From a virus (lineage: Duplodnaviria > Caudoviricetes): 64,000 nucleotides of DNA. Of this stretch, positions 1-8,361 are shown one piece after another (within the stretch, counting starts at the first letter, position 1; every line of letters starts with the position of its first letter). Both the position numbers and the translations under genes were made by a program. The notes under the pieces are model-generated. The model did no database searches. It saw only the letters and a program-made list of their open reading frames with translations, and had not been told where the DNA came from. Location: positions 64,001 through 128,000 of the IMG/VR virus record IMGVR_UViG_3300021400_000130. The stretch is one strand, 5' to 3'.

Positions 1-4
1 GAAG

Positions 5-241
5 ATGACTCAGAATGTTAGAGACATGACAAGAGCTCTTAGAGACAGAAAGGCAAGCCAAGCAAAAATTGACAGTGCTGATGCTGAACATCAAGCAGAG
101 CTAGATAAGTTGAAGAAAGAATATGAAGATAGACTTGCAGCAGTTAAACGTAGTCAGCAGTATCGTACAGATTCAGATCGCAGACAAGTAGATTACGCTA
201 ATAAACGTATTAACAAACTCCTTAGAAAAGAGGAAGAATAA
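5..241 (+). CDS. Coiled-coil hypothetical protein (probably the 3' part of a gene truncated by the window edge)
   Basis: Charged helical ORF at the window start; stop at 241, next gene starts at 246. Confidence 0.5.
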   Translation: MTQNVRDMTRALRDRKASQAKIDSADAEHQAELDKLKKEYEDRLAAVKRSQQYRTDSDRRQVDYANKRINKLLRKEEE

Positions 242-245
242 TTAA

Positions 246-665
246 ATGTTTATATATGAAAAAGACGGAACATTAGATATTATGTTCCAGAAAACACAGT
301 TCCCAGCAACTGAAGACTCAAAAGTTGATATAATGTTAAAGAAGGTCGGGGATAAGGTTCAGATTTTAATCAATGGTGAACCCCTTAACGGCGGCAGCGA
401 GCCTGCAGCTAAGTTAAGTGTGTCTCCTACTGAAGCAAATATTACAGCAGGTGGAGACCCTGTTGTACTTACAGTTTCCAATGCAGTTGGTGCAATTAAG
501 TGTGCTAAGAAATCGCAAGGTTCGACCTCTACAGGTCTTAGCAGAGTAATTGATGAAAATACAATCACAGTAACCGCAGGTGCTGAAGCTACTGCTGGTA
601 CTTGGATCTATACTGTAAGTGATGATAACGATTCTGTAGATGTTACATTTACAGTTTCTGCATAA
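246..665 (+). CDS. Putative virion decoration protein with C-terminal Ig-like domain
   Basis: C-terminal beta-rich T/V/S segment (LSVSPTEANITAG...VTFTVSA); lies in the structural region; GAGGA RBS. Confidence 0.5.
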   Translation: MFIYEKDGTLDIMFQKTQFPATEDSKVDIMLKKVGDKVQILINGEPLNGGSEPAAKLSVSPTEANITAGGDPVVLTVSNAVGAIKCAKKSQGSTSTGLSRVIDENTITVTAGAEATAGTWIYTVSDDNDSVDVTFTVSA

Positions 666-690
666 CATTTATAAATGAGGTAAATAGAAT

Positions 691-870
691 ATGTTTATTT
701 ATGAAGGAAAGAAATTAGTTGACGATGTTGAAGTTGAATGCTTAAACATCATGTTCCAGAATACTCAAGTTCCTGCTACCGGAGATCCTGACATCTGCTT
801 ATTCGCATCAGGTGAGGGCGATAATAGAGAAATTCACGTTCAAGTGTCAGGTAGCGACATAAACGAATAA
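691..870 (+). CDS. 59-aa paralog of the N-terminal domain of 246..665 (absent from ORF track)
   Basis: GAGG RBS; translates MFIYEGKKLVDDVEVECLNIMFQNTQVPATGDPDICLF..., matching MFIYEKDGTLDIMFQKTQFPATED. Confidence 0.75.
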   Translation: MFIYEGKKLVDDVEVECLNIMFQNTQVPATGDPDICLFASGEGDNREIHVQVSGSDINE

Positions 871-882
871 TTAGTTAAATAA

Positions 883-906
883 AGGGCGGGTAAATCTGCC
901 CGCCCT
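883..906. terminator. GC-rich hairpin (terminator-like or RNA-processing stem)
   Basis: AGGGCGGG/CCCGCCCT inverted repeat; A-run on the 5' side, no + strand U-tract. Confidence 0.45.
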
Positions 907-940
907 ACATATCATGTTTAATGAAAGGTGAGTATAATAG

Positions 941-1678
941 ATGACAAATGCTGAAGTTCGTGAAGAAGTCACATTAATGCTCACAGGTAGATTACTTGAT
1001 CTAGAGCTCGAACCAAATACGCTCGACAGTATTATAAAAAGTTCTCTAAGAGAGTTACAAAGATATATTACTAGTACAAAGATTATAACAATTCCGTTTA
1101 GTAGATGTATTGATCTTTCAGATCCGACACAAACAAACGATACACAACTACATGTAAGTAATGTATTTAGAGTATATAGACCTAATGGTTACTCAGGAGA
1201 GAATACTTCTATGACAACCGTATTAGATCCAATACAAGCGTCACAGTGGCAATTGATTTCTGGTATGGGTAACATGAGAGGATTTCAAGATTACACATTG
1301 AATTATGCTTCTTGGAACACTCTTCTCCAGATGAGGAATACAAGTAGTACTGATTTAGCCTACATATTTGATAGAGACTCGCAAAAATTGTATATAAATG
1401 TTGCAAGTAATGCACCAAGTAGTATAACAATAGAATACATTCCAATATTTCAAGATGTTTCTGAAATAAATTCTGATTATTGGATTGATGTTCTAATTAG
1501 AATAGCAGTTGCTAAAACAAAAATTGTGGCAGGAAGAGTTAGAAGTAGATATACACAATCTAATGCAATATGGTCACAAGACGGAAAAGACATTCTTGCA
1601 GAAGGTACTGCCGAATTACAAGAATTAAGAGAAACATTATCCTCAAATACAGCTTTATTCTATAATGCCGTAGATTAA
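941..1678 (+). CDS. Neck protein / head-tail adaptor (T4 gp13-like)
   Basis: Size, position and motifs (LELEPNTLDSII..., FDRDSQKLYI, DGKDILAEGTAELQEL) recall gp13-type adaptors. Confidence 0.6.
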   Translation: MTNAEVREEVTLMLTGRLLDLELEPNTLDSIIKSSLRELQRYITSTKIITIPFSRCIDLSDPTQTNDTQLHVSNVFRVYRPNGYSGENTSMTTVLDPIQASQWQLISGMGNMRGFQDYTLNYASWNTLLQMRNTSSTDLAYIFDRDSQKLYINVASNAPSSITIEYIPIFQDVSEINSDYWIDVLIRIAVAKTKIVAGRVRSRYTQSNAIWSQDGKDILAEGTAELQELRETLSSNTALFYNAVD

Positions 1679-1722
1679 GGATACTAGATTATTATTCGGA
1701 TAAATAATGAGGAGATTAATAA

Positions 1723-2979
1723 ATGAATTATCTGAGTGAAGCTTTCAAGAAATTAGATTTTCTGAATGAGGATGATTTTTCACTTGACAATGCCTCCGAC
1801 ATTGATGATATGAGCCAATTTTTGTCAGTGGAGAGAGATTCCGTACAAGATGTAATTGATCCTGAAGCTGAAAGTGAAGAAGAATTAGAAGATACTTATA
1901 TTGGAAAAGTTATTCTTCATTGTCCAGTGTGCAATTCAATGATCTATAAAGATCTTGAAGATATTGAAAGAGACGATGAAGAAGAACTTGTTAATGTTGG
2001 GGAAGAATGCCCTTATTGTTACACTTCTGACGGATTTGAAGTGATTGGTATTGTAAGCCCCTTTAAAGAAGAGTCAGAAAAAGAAGAGATAGAAGCTTCT
2101 GATGAAGCTGAAGCAGACGAAAATGTCGAGGGTTCAGACGAAGTCGAAGTTGAGGATAAAGTAGTAGAAGAATCAGTTGAAGAGTCCGTTGGAGACTCTA
2201 TTTCTGAATATCAGAAGTGGGTAGACTTTGATATGGAAAAATATCATAAGATATCCGATGTTACAATGAACAAGCTAAAGGAAGCTGGATTATCAGTAGT
2301 TAAAGATCAGTACGGAGACTATGAGGTAATAGCTGACAAAAAAGAAGAATCATTAGGTGAAGATTTTGAACATGTTGAAGTTTCAACTGATGAACAAAAG
2401 TTAGTTATGGACGCTGAAGAAGATGGTAAGATTACCATTGAAAGCGAACCGGTTGCTAATGAAGCTGACGTAGCTGAGAATGAATTTATTCAGCCCGTTC
2501 CTGATCTGGTAAAAGACGAAATTGAAGCTCCAGAAGCTGAGGAAACTGCAGAAGTAGAAGCTGAAGAAGAAATCCCTTTTGAGGATGACGAAGTTGATTA
2601 TGACATTGACGATTTCGATGAAGAGTCTTTCGATGGTCTCGGTGAAGCCTATCTTAAAAAGGTTTACGACAACGTAGCTTCTTACAAAACTTCAAATGTT
2701 TCTATGAAGGACAATTCCCTTGTTGTTGAAGGTGTCATTACATTTAATTCTGGTAAGACTAGAACTACTAATTTTATCTTTGAAGCAAAAACAGCTACAA
2801 AAGGTAAGAAACTTTGCTTCATCGGTGAAAACAAACAAATTACCAGAGGTCGTAAAGCCTTTACAATTACAGGCACATTGAACGAAAGTAAATCGTTTAT
2901 CACTGAAAAATTTAACTACAATTATATGGCCAAAAATTCTGAGGGTAAATCTAAAAGACTTTACGGCACATTGAAATAA
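1723..2979 (+). CDS. Acidic Zn-ribbon protein, putative internal head/core protein
   Basis: CPVC...CPYC; very Glu/Asp-rich; repeated L/V-x-E motifs. Confidence 0.45.
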   Translation: MNYLSEAFKKLDFLNEDDFSLDNASDIDDMSQFLSVERDSVQDVIDPEAESEEELEDTYIGKVILHCPVCNSMIYKDLEDIERDDEEELVNVGEECPYCYTSDGFEVIGIVSPFKEESEKEEIEASDEAEADENVEGSDEVEVEDKVVEESVEESVGDSISEYQKWVDFDMEKYHKISDVTMNKLKEAGLSVVKDQYGDYEVIADKKEESLGEDFEHVEVSTDEQKLVMDAEEDGKITIESEPVANEADVAENEFIQPVPDLVKDEIEAPEAEETAEVEAEEEIPFEDDEVDYDIDDFDEESFDGLGEAYLKKVYDNVASYKTSNVSMKDNSLVVEGVITFNSGKTRTTNFIFEAKTATKGKKLCFIGENKQITRGRKAFTITGTLNESKSFITEKFNYNYMAKNSEGKSKRLYGTLK

Positions 2980-2992
2980 TAAGGAGAACATC

Positions 2993-3994
2993 ATGAAATT
3001 CAAACAAGTAAAGAATTCTCCAGAATTATTGAAAGAATCTCTTAGATGGCCTTCAGGAAAAGACCTTGAAAATGCTTGTGACGTGATTGAAAAGATGTTA
3101 CAAGACAGCGAAAGATTTGAGCTTACAGACGAAGAACAATCTATACTAAGTCAAGCATACGATATTATGTTCTGGATTGCTCCCAATCTTGAAGAAAGTT
3201 TGAAAGAAGCTGCTGATGAGCCTGAAAATCTTCTTGACGAATCTATAAGAAAGTATTCCGTACAAGAATGGATTGACGAACAAGGCTGGGCTCCAGATGA
3301 TGTGGACGATGATGAAGTAGCTTTCTTTGCTACAGAAAGTGGTCCTGTTTGCGGTTCAAAACATAAAGATGGAACTTATAGTGTATTTGGATTAGGACAG
3401 GATAAAGATGGGTTATCATATAAACAGATGATTAAGATTCTTAATGTCTGGGACTCATTGAACGAATCAAAAGATGTCAATCTTTCTGACAAAGAAAATA
3501 GCATCAGCGGCCTCCTTCTTGATCATAAAGATGAAATTGATTCCGCTTCGTCACAAGCTGAGTTAGTTAACGTGTGCAAGAACGCCCTTGCTGAAAAAGG
3601 CGGAGCTAAAGCACAACAGTTCTTAGCTGTACTAAACAGCAAGAAGAATCATTATGCAGCGCTTAAGTATGTGTATGATTTTATTCTTGCTGGAGAAGGT
3701 ATGAGGTCTGCTGATTCAAGAAGAAAGACTAAGCCTGCTCACATGAAAGAAGAATTAGAAGAAGATTTTTCAAATGAGCAAGAACTTATTGACGCTGGAT
3801 TTGAACAAGCAGGTCATAGAAAACAGTATGACTTTTATCGTAAACTAGTTGATGGAAAAGGTAAATGGTATGCTGTTGATACAGAAGAAGGAAAAGTTTT
3901 TCCTATAACTTGGGATCAAGCAGTTGGATATGAACCCATTGATTCTACAGAAGGTATGGCAATGAAGCTTGGTAATATGCTTCTTCCACAGTAA
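2993..3994 (+). CDS. Modular protein with repeated L-x-E-S motifs, putative internal virion protein
   Basis: LLKESL, LEESLKEA, LLDES, SLNES and MKEELEED punctuate the sequence. Confidence 0.4.
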   Translation: MKFKQVKNSPELLKESLRWPSGKDLENACDVIEKMLQDSERFELTDEEQSILSQAYDIMFWIAPNLEESLKEAADEPENLLDESIRKYSVQEWIDEQGWAPDDVDDDEVAFFATESGPVCGSKHKDGTYSVFGLGQDKDGLSYKQMIKILNVWDSLNESKDVNLSDKENSISGLLLDHKDEIDSASSQAELVNVCKNALAEKGGAKAQQFLAVLNSKKNHYAALKYVYDFILAGEGMRSADSRRKTKPAHMKEELEEDFSNEQELIDAGFEQAGHRKQYDFYRKLVDGKGKWYAVDTEEGKVFPITWDQAVGYEPIDSTEGMAMKLGNMLLPQ

Positions 3995-4021
3995 CACTAA
4001 ATAAGAAAGGAAGTTGTGTAG

Positions 4022-4558
4022 TTGATGCAAGACAATGATAATTATGGGTTGCTTGTTAATTCTAACACAACTCTTCATAGAAGATATTTCAATGAGATGG
4101 CTCGTCTTCTTGGAATAAAAGTTATCTATAGAGCTCCTACTCCCGGTAAACATTATACTACATATGCAGAAATAGAAAGTAATTATCAAGAACCAAAGTT
4201 AGAGTATTGCATCTTTGAAGATCATCCTTCACAACAAACATTAAAGAAACTTGGTTGGGTATCCGAATTACAAGAAGGAAGTTCTATCATTCATGTTAGA
4301 TACGACCTCGAGGATTTACAACAAGGAGCATTGTTTGTTGTACCAAGCGGACTTGATAAAACAAAAGGAAGGCTATTTAGAGTAATAAAGATTTCAAGTA
4401 TTATGGTCTTTCCTTCTTCTCTTTCATGCGAAATAGCTCCTGAGTATGAAGACACACTTGTTAAAACAACAATTGAAGATCACTCGAAGTCAAGTTTTAA
4501 TCTGTTAAACCAAGAAAAAGATGATATGTTTGAATATTATTCATTCAAAGAGGGCTAA
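4022..4558 (+). CDS. Head closure/neck protein (T4 gp14-like)
   Basis: Synteny between adaptor and tail terminator; size; beta-rich. Confidence 0.45.
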   Translation: MMQDNDNYGLLVNSNTTLHRRYFNEMARLLGIKVIYRAPTPGKHYTTYAEIESNYQEPKLEYCIFEDHPSQQTLKKLGWVSELQEGSSIIHVRYDLEDLQQGALFVVPSGLDKTKGRLFRVIKISSIMVFPSSLSCEIAPEYEDTLVKTTIEDHSKSSFNLLNQEKDDMFEYYSFKEG

Positions 4559-4561
4559 TAT

Positions 4562-5200
4562 ATGAGTGTATATTTATATGACGAAGCACTCGTAAGTAAA
4601 GTAAAATACTGGACTGAGAATACACAGTTACATGTTTACGGTGTAGATGAGATTAGAGATTTATTTCAAGTAATAGCCGATGAGAATGGTGACAAGCCAA
4701 TATCATTACCACTATTAACAATAAGTAGACCAAAAGGTTATTCGATAATAAACCCAAACAAGAAACCAACAACTTATAATGGAATAAGGGTTATACAAGG
4801 AGAAGACACAGCTTCGATGTTAGCTCAGATTCCAATTAACATTCAGTATCAATTTGATGTCATCTGTAGATATCAAAAAGAAGCTGATATGTATATGAGA
4901 AATCTTGTATTTAATATTATCAATTATCCAACATTAAAAATAGTAATACCTTATAGAGACATTAATTTTGAACATAATGGAACTATTAGATTAACTTCAG
5001 ATGTAATGGATACGTCAAATACTTCTGCTAAATTATTTAACGGACAGTTTACACGATTATCCGTTACAGTCAATATAGATGACGCTTATCTCTGGGATCT
5101 GCGTGTAGCAAACAATCTGTCTATTGAAGACTCAAATGTGCTATTTGTTAGAAATCCAGACGAAGTTACTTTTACTAAAGAAACAATTAACTTAGATTAA
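4562..5200 (+). CDS. Tail terminator / sheath stabiliser (gp15-like)
   Basis: Directly upstream of sheath; LPLLTISR...PINIQYQFDV pattern. Confidence 0.5.
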   Translation: MSVYLYDEALVSKVKYWTENTQLHVYGVDEIRDLFQVIADENGDKPISLPLLTISRPKGYSIINPNKKPTTYNGIRVIQGEDTASMLAQIPINIQYQFDVICRYQKEADMYMRNLVFNIINYPTLKIVIPYRDINFEHNGTIRLTSDVMDTSNTSAKLFNGQFTRLSVTVNIDDAYLWDLRVANNLSIEDSNVLFVRNPDEVTFTKETINLD

Positions 5201-5211
5201 GGAGACAATAA

Positions 5212-6552
5212 ATGGCACTCAGAATAAATATTTCTGAAAGAGATTTAACTCAATCTGTTGAAGCTCTTTCAAATACTGACATTGTTTTTATTCCTGGATT
5301 GTCTTCCGTGACAACCGTTGAGCAGTTCACTCCTATTACCTGTACAACACTTTCAGAGTTCATTACTACTTTCGGACCTTATCCCGTACTATTCAATTCT
5401 GCAATGGAGTACAGTGGTTTTGGTGAAGGTCACGGATTTGCAGAGGCCGCTATTCCAACTACTGGTAATCTATTTGATGCTGAATCTCCTGATCCTTCTT
5501 GGATTTATGCAGCAAAACTTTTATCTCAAGGCTTACAGGTAATCTATTGTAAGATTAATACTAATGCTCAGATTAATGCAAATGGTAAGTTTACTGGGAG
5601 CGTAACTGATCTTTACGGTCAGCTTGCTACATTATTTGCATCTACTTCTACAAATCTTACCAGCAAGGGAGATTTTGATTTCAAGTATCTGACCTCTGGT
5701 GGATATCCTGTCTTTGAATATGAAGGCAATAGCATCGTGATGGATATGTTAAATATCTGTGCCACAAGAGGAGACGCAGTAGCACTTATTGACCATACTG
5801 ACAATCCTGGTAGAGCACTAAATGCTTCGGATACAACTTCTGTTGTATATGCACTGAATAATACTTATGCTAATAGCTTTACTAACGGAGCTTACGCATC
5901 AATGTTTACTCCTTGGGGTATATATCCTCAGACAGTATACACCAACGATACTTATTCAACATTCCCACTTCCCGGATCTTTTGCATACCTCACATCTCTT
6001 GCACAGTCCTTACAAACTAACTACAACTGGGCAGTTGTTGCTGGTGTAAGTAGAGGTCTTGTACCTGGACTTATTGAGTTACACACAAATGAGGTGTTAA
6101 CAAATGCAATTGCTGATGCTTACCAGAACTTCGGTGTTGGTACATCTCTGAATGGTATCTATGTAAATGCTATTACTCGTATTAAGCCTTATGGATTCTG
6201 CATTTGGGGTAACAGAACACTCAGACAGAATGGTACATTAGGTCTACAAGCAATGTCGTATCTGAATCTTCGTAACTTAACTTGCGATGTTAAGAAACAG
6301 ATCTACACAGCTTGCATCAATCTGCTATACGAACAGAATACTGCTACTCTTTGGACTAACTTTAAGTCATACTTAACTCCTCTTCTTGACCAGATGGTTT
6401 CAGGAAGTGGTATTTCTGGATACAGAATCTTAAGAAATGCTTCTGACAGCCCAACAAAGATTAGTGCTTCTATTCGTATATATCCGATCTATGCTGTTGA
6501 GAGTTTTGACATTACAGTCTATATGACTGACGATGATGTCACAGTAGCATAA
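5212..6552 (+). CDS. Tail sheath protein
   Basis: Sheath C-terminal motifs AGVSRG, VNAI, IWGNRTL, YLNLRNL, PIYAVE. Confidence 0.9.
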   Translation: MALRINISERDLTQSVEALSNTDIVFIPGLSSVTTVEQFTPITCTTLSEFITTFGPYPVLFNSAMEYSGFGEGHGFAEAAIPTTGNLFDAESPDPSWIYAAKLLSQGLQVIYCKINTNAQINANGKFTGSVTDLYGQLATLFASTSTNLTSKGDFDFKYLTSGGYPVFEYEGNSIVMDMLNICATRGDAVALIDHTDNPGRALNASDTTSVVYALNNTYANSFTNGAYASMFTPWGIYPQTVYTNDTYSTFPLPGSFAYLTSLAQSLQTNYNWAVVAGVSRGLVPGLIELHTNEVLTNAIADAYQNFGVGTSLNGIYVNAITRIKPYGFCIWGNRTLRQNGTLGLQAMSYLNLRNLTCDVKKQIYTACINLLYEQNTATLWTNFKSYLTPLLDQMVSGSGISGYRILRNASDSPTKISASIRIYPIYAVESFDITVYMTDDDVTVA

Positions 6553-6574
6553 GGGATAAGGAGGATAAAATCAT

Positions 6575-7183
6575 ATGGCTATAAAATATAATCCCAGTAC
6601 AGTAGATATCTCTTCTAACTTTGCTATTGGCACATATAATCTAGCTGATAATCCTAACCTGTATGAAATAGCTCGTTCAAACAACTTCGAGTTTATCATT
6701 TCTGATTTTGATAATTTACAACCTGCAAGCAGCAATGACACTAACATGACAAAGCTGCAAAAAGGTCAAGAGATTATTAGAATGTCAGTAACTCGTACTT
6801 CTGTTCCTCACTTCTCACAAGAAGTCATTCGTGTTAGAAGAGGAAATAATGAACTTAAGTATGCTGGTGTTCCTTCCTTCGGAGAAGGTAGCCTAGTTGT
6901 CAACGACTATATTGGAGCTGGAACAAAAGATTACTTAATGGCATGGCAGAATCTTTCTTACAATGTTATCACTGAGAAGGTCGGTCTTGTTCAGGATTAC
7001 AAGAAGAACTGCACACTCATTGAGTACAGCCCAGATTACCAAGTGGTTAGAAGCTGGACACTTTATGGCTGCTGGATTAGCAATCTGTCAGAAGATGACT
7101 TTGATAGCGACAATGGAAACGCTCCAAGAAGAGTAACAGCTACTATTCAGTATGACCATGCTAAATTAGACGCTGACGTCTAA
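6575..7183 (+). CDS. Tail tube protein (gp19-like)
   Basis: Follows sheath; KYAGVP, WTLYGCWIS, ATIQYD motifs. Confidence 0.85.
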   Translation: MAIKYNPSTVDISSNFAIGTYNLADNPNLYEIARSNNFEFIISDFDNLQPASSNDTNMTKLQKGQEIIRMSVTRTSVPHFSQEVIRVRRGNNELKYAGVPSFGEGSLVVNDYIGAGTKDYLMAWQNLSYNVITEKVGLVQDYKKNCTLIEYSPDYQVVRSWTLYGCWISNLSEDDFDSDNGNAPRRVTATIQYDHAKLDADV

Positions 7184-7348
7184 TAAAAAGATATTGTATA
7201 GAATAATAGGGACAGTCATATCCTATTATGATTTCTAGAAATAGATTACCTATTTATTTTATATATCAAGATAACTAAAAAGTTGAATAGATAACATTTG
7301 AATTACTGATATATAAGATAAATTTACTTAAATTAAATATTATTTTAT

Positions 7349-8125
7349 ATGGAGAGTATTCAAATGAATCAAAAAGACTATACTATTAATCAAACATTTA
7401 CTCTACCTAGTGGTGGTAGAGTGTATAACGAATTGGTAGGCCCAGACATCACACTTCGTTCTATGACAACTCAGGAAGAGATGAAAAGATTGTCTCATTC
7501 TGATTCGCCATATAAGAACATCTGTGAAATTATTGACGACTGTATTGTATCTAACTGCAGTATTTCCAGTCGCGATATGTGTCTTGCGGACTACCGATTT
7601 TTACTTTATATGCTAAGAGTTGTTACTTATGGTAATAATTATAAACTTAGCACTACATGTCCTTACTGTGGTTGTGGAAATGTAGATACGATTGACTTGA
7701 CCAAACTTCCGATGAAAGAATATGACGAGAAAGAAGTTTCAAGTTGTCTTTCATTTGAACTTCCTATGACAAAGAGTAAGGTAGAAATTTATCTACAGAC
7801 CCCAAGAATGATTGACACAGCACAGTACAATGCAAAAGAGTATCGGAAGAAGACAGGACAGAATATTGATTATACAACAGTATTCACTATTCAAGAATTA
7901 CTAAAGAGTATTGATGGAGATCCTGTAAATCCTGTAAAGATTACGGACTGGGTAAAGAATCTTCCGATGGCAGATACAAATATGATTCTAAACTATGCGA
8001 ACAAAGCCAATACAGCTTTTGGAATAGATAATACTTTACATTGTATGTGTGATGTTTGTGGGCTTGACTATTTTGTCAACCTTCGTGCTGACAGAGAGTT
8101 TTTTCGACCCTCTTTGGATATCTGA
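7349..8125 (+). CDS. Tail/baseplate assembly chaperone (T4 gp26-like)
   Basis: FTLPSGG, LRSMTTQEE, CPYC and CDVC, C-terminal EFFRP; lies between tube and tape measure. Confidence 0.7.
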   Translation: MESIQMNQKDYTINQTFTLPSGGRVYNELVGPDITLRSMTTQEEMKRLSHSDSPYKNICEIIDDCIVSNCSISSRDMCLADYRFLLYMLRVVTYGNNYKLSTTCPYCGCGNVDTIDLTKLPMKEYDEKEVSSCLSFELPMTKSKVEIYLQTPRMIDTAQYNAKEYRKKTGQNIDYTTVFTIQELLKSIDGDPVNPVKITDWVKNLPMADTNMILNYANKANTAFGIDNTLHCMCDVCGLDYFVNLRADREFFRPSLDI

Positions 8126-8342
8126 AAAAGATAAGAAACTATATGCTCCTGTAAGGTTTAGAGATATAGTAAAGGAAAGATATTTGATATCCAAGAATAC
8201 ACATACTTCATATAATGATACAAAGGACATAACACCTACTGAAAGAGAAGTTCTGTTGCAGTTAATTGTTGAAGATTTACAACGGCAACAGGAATTGATT
8301 GAAAAGCAAAAACGAGAAGCCGCTATGAGGAATAAGAGATAG
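8103..8342 (+). CDS. Frameshift extension of the chaperone (G-T / gp51-like)
   Basis: Overlapping +1-frame ORF with no convincing start of its own; entered at TTT TTT CGA (8099-8107). Confidence 0.6.
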   Translation, partial: FDPLWISEKDKKLYAPVRFRDIVKERYLISKNTHTSYNDTKDITPTEREVLLQLIVEDLQRQQELIEKQKREAAMRNKR

Positions 8343-8361
8343 CGGATGGCAGGTGATATAA

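Noticed and set aside
7281-7326. AGTTGAAT as a tenth early promoter
   Set aside because: No -10 box at a 17-nt spacing.
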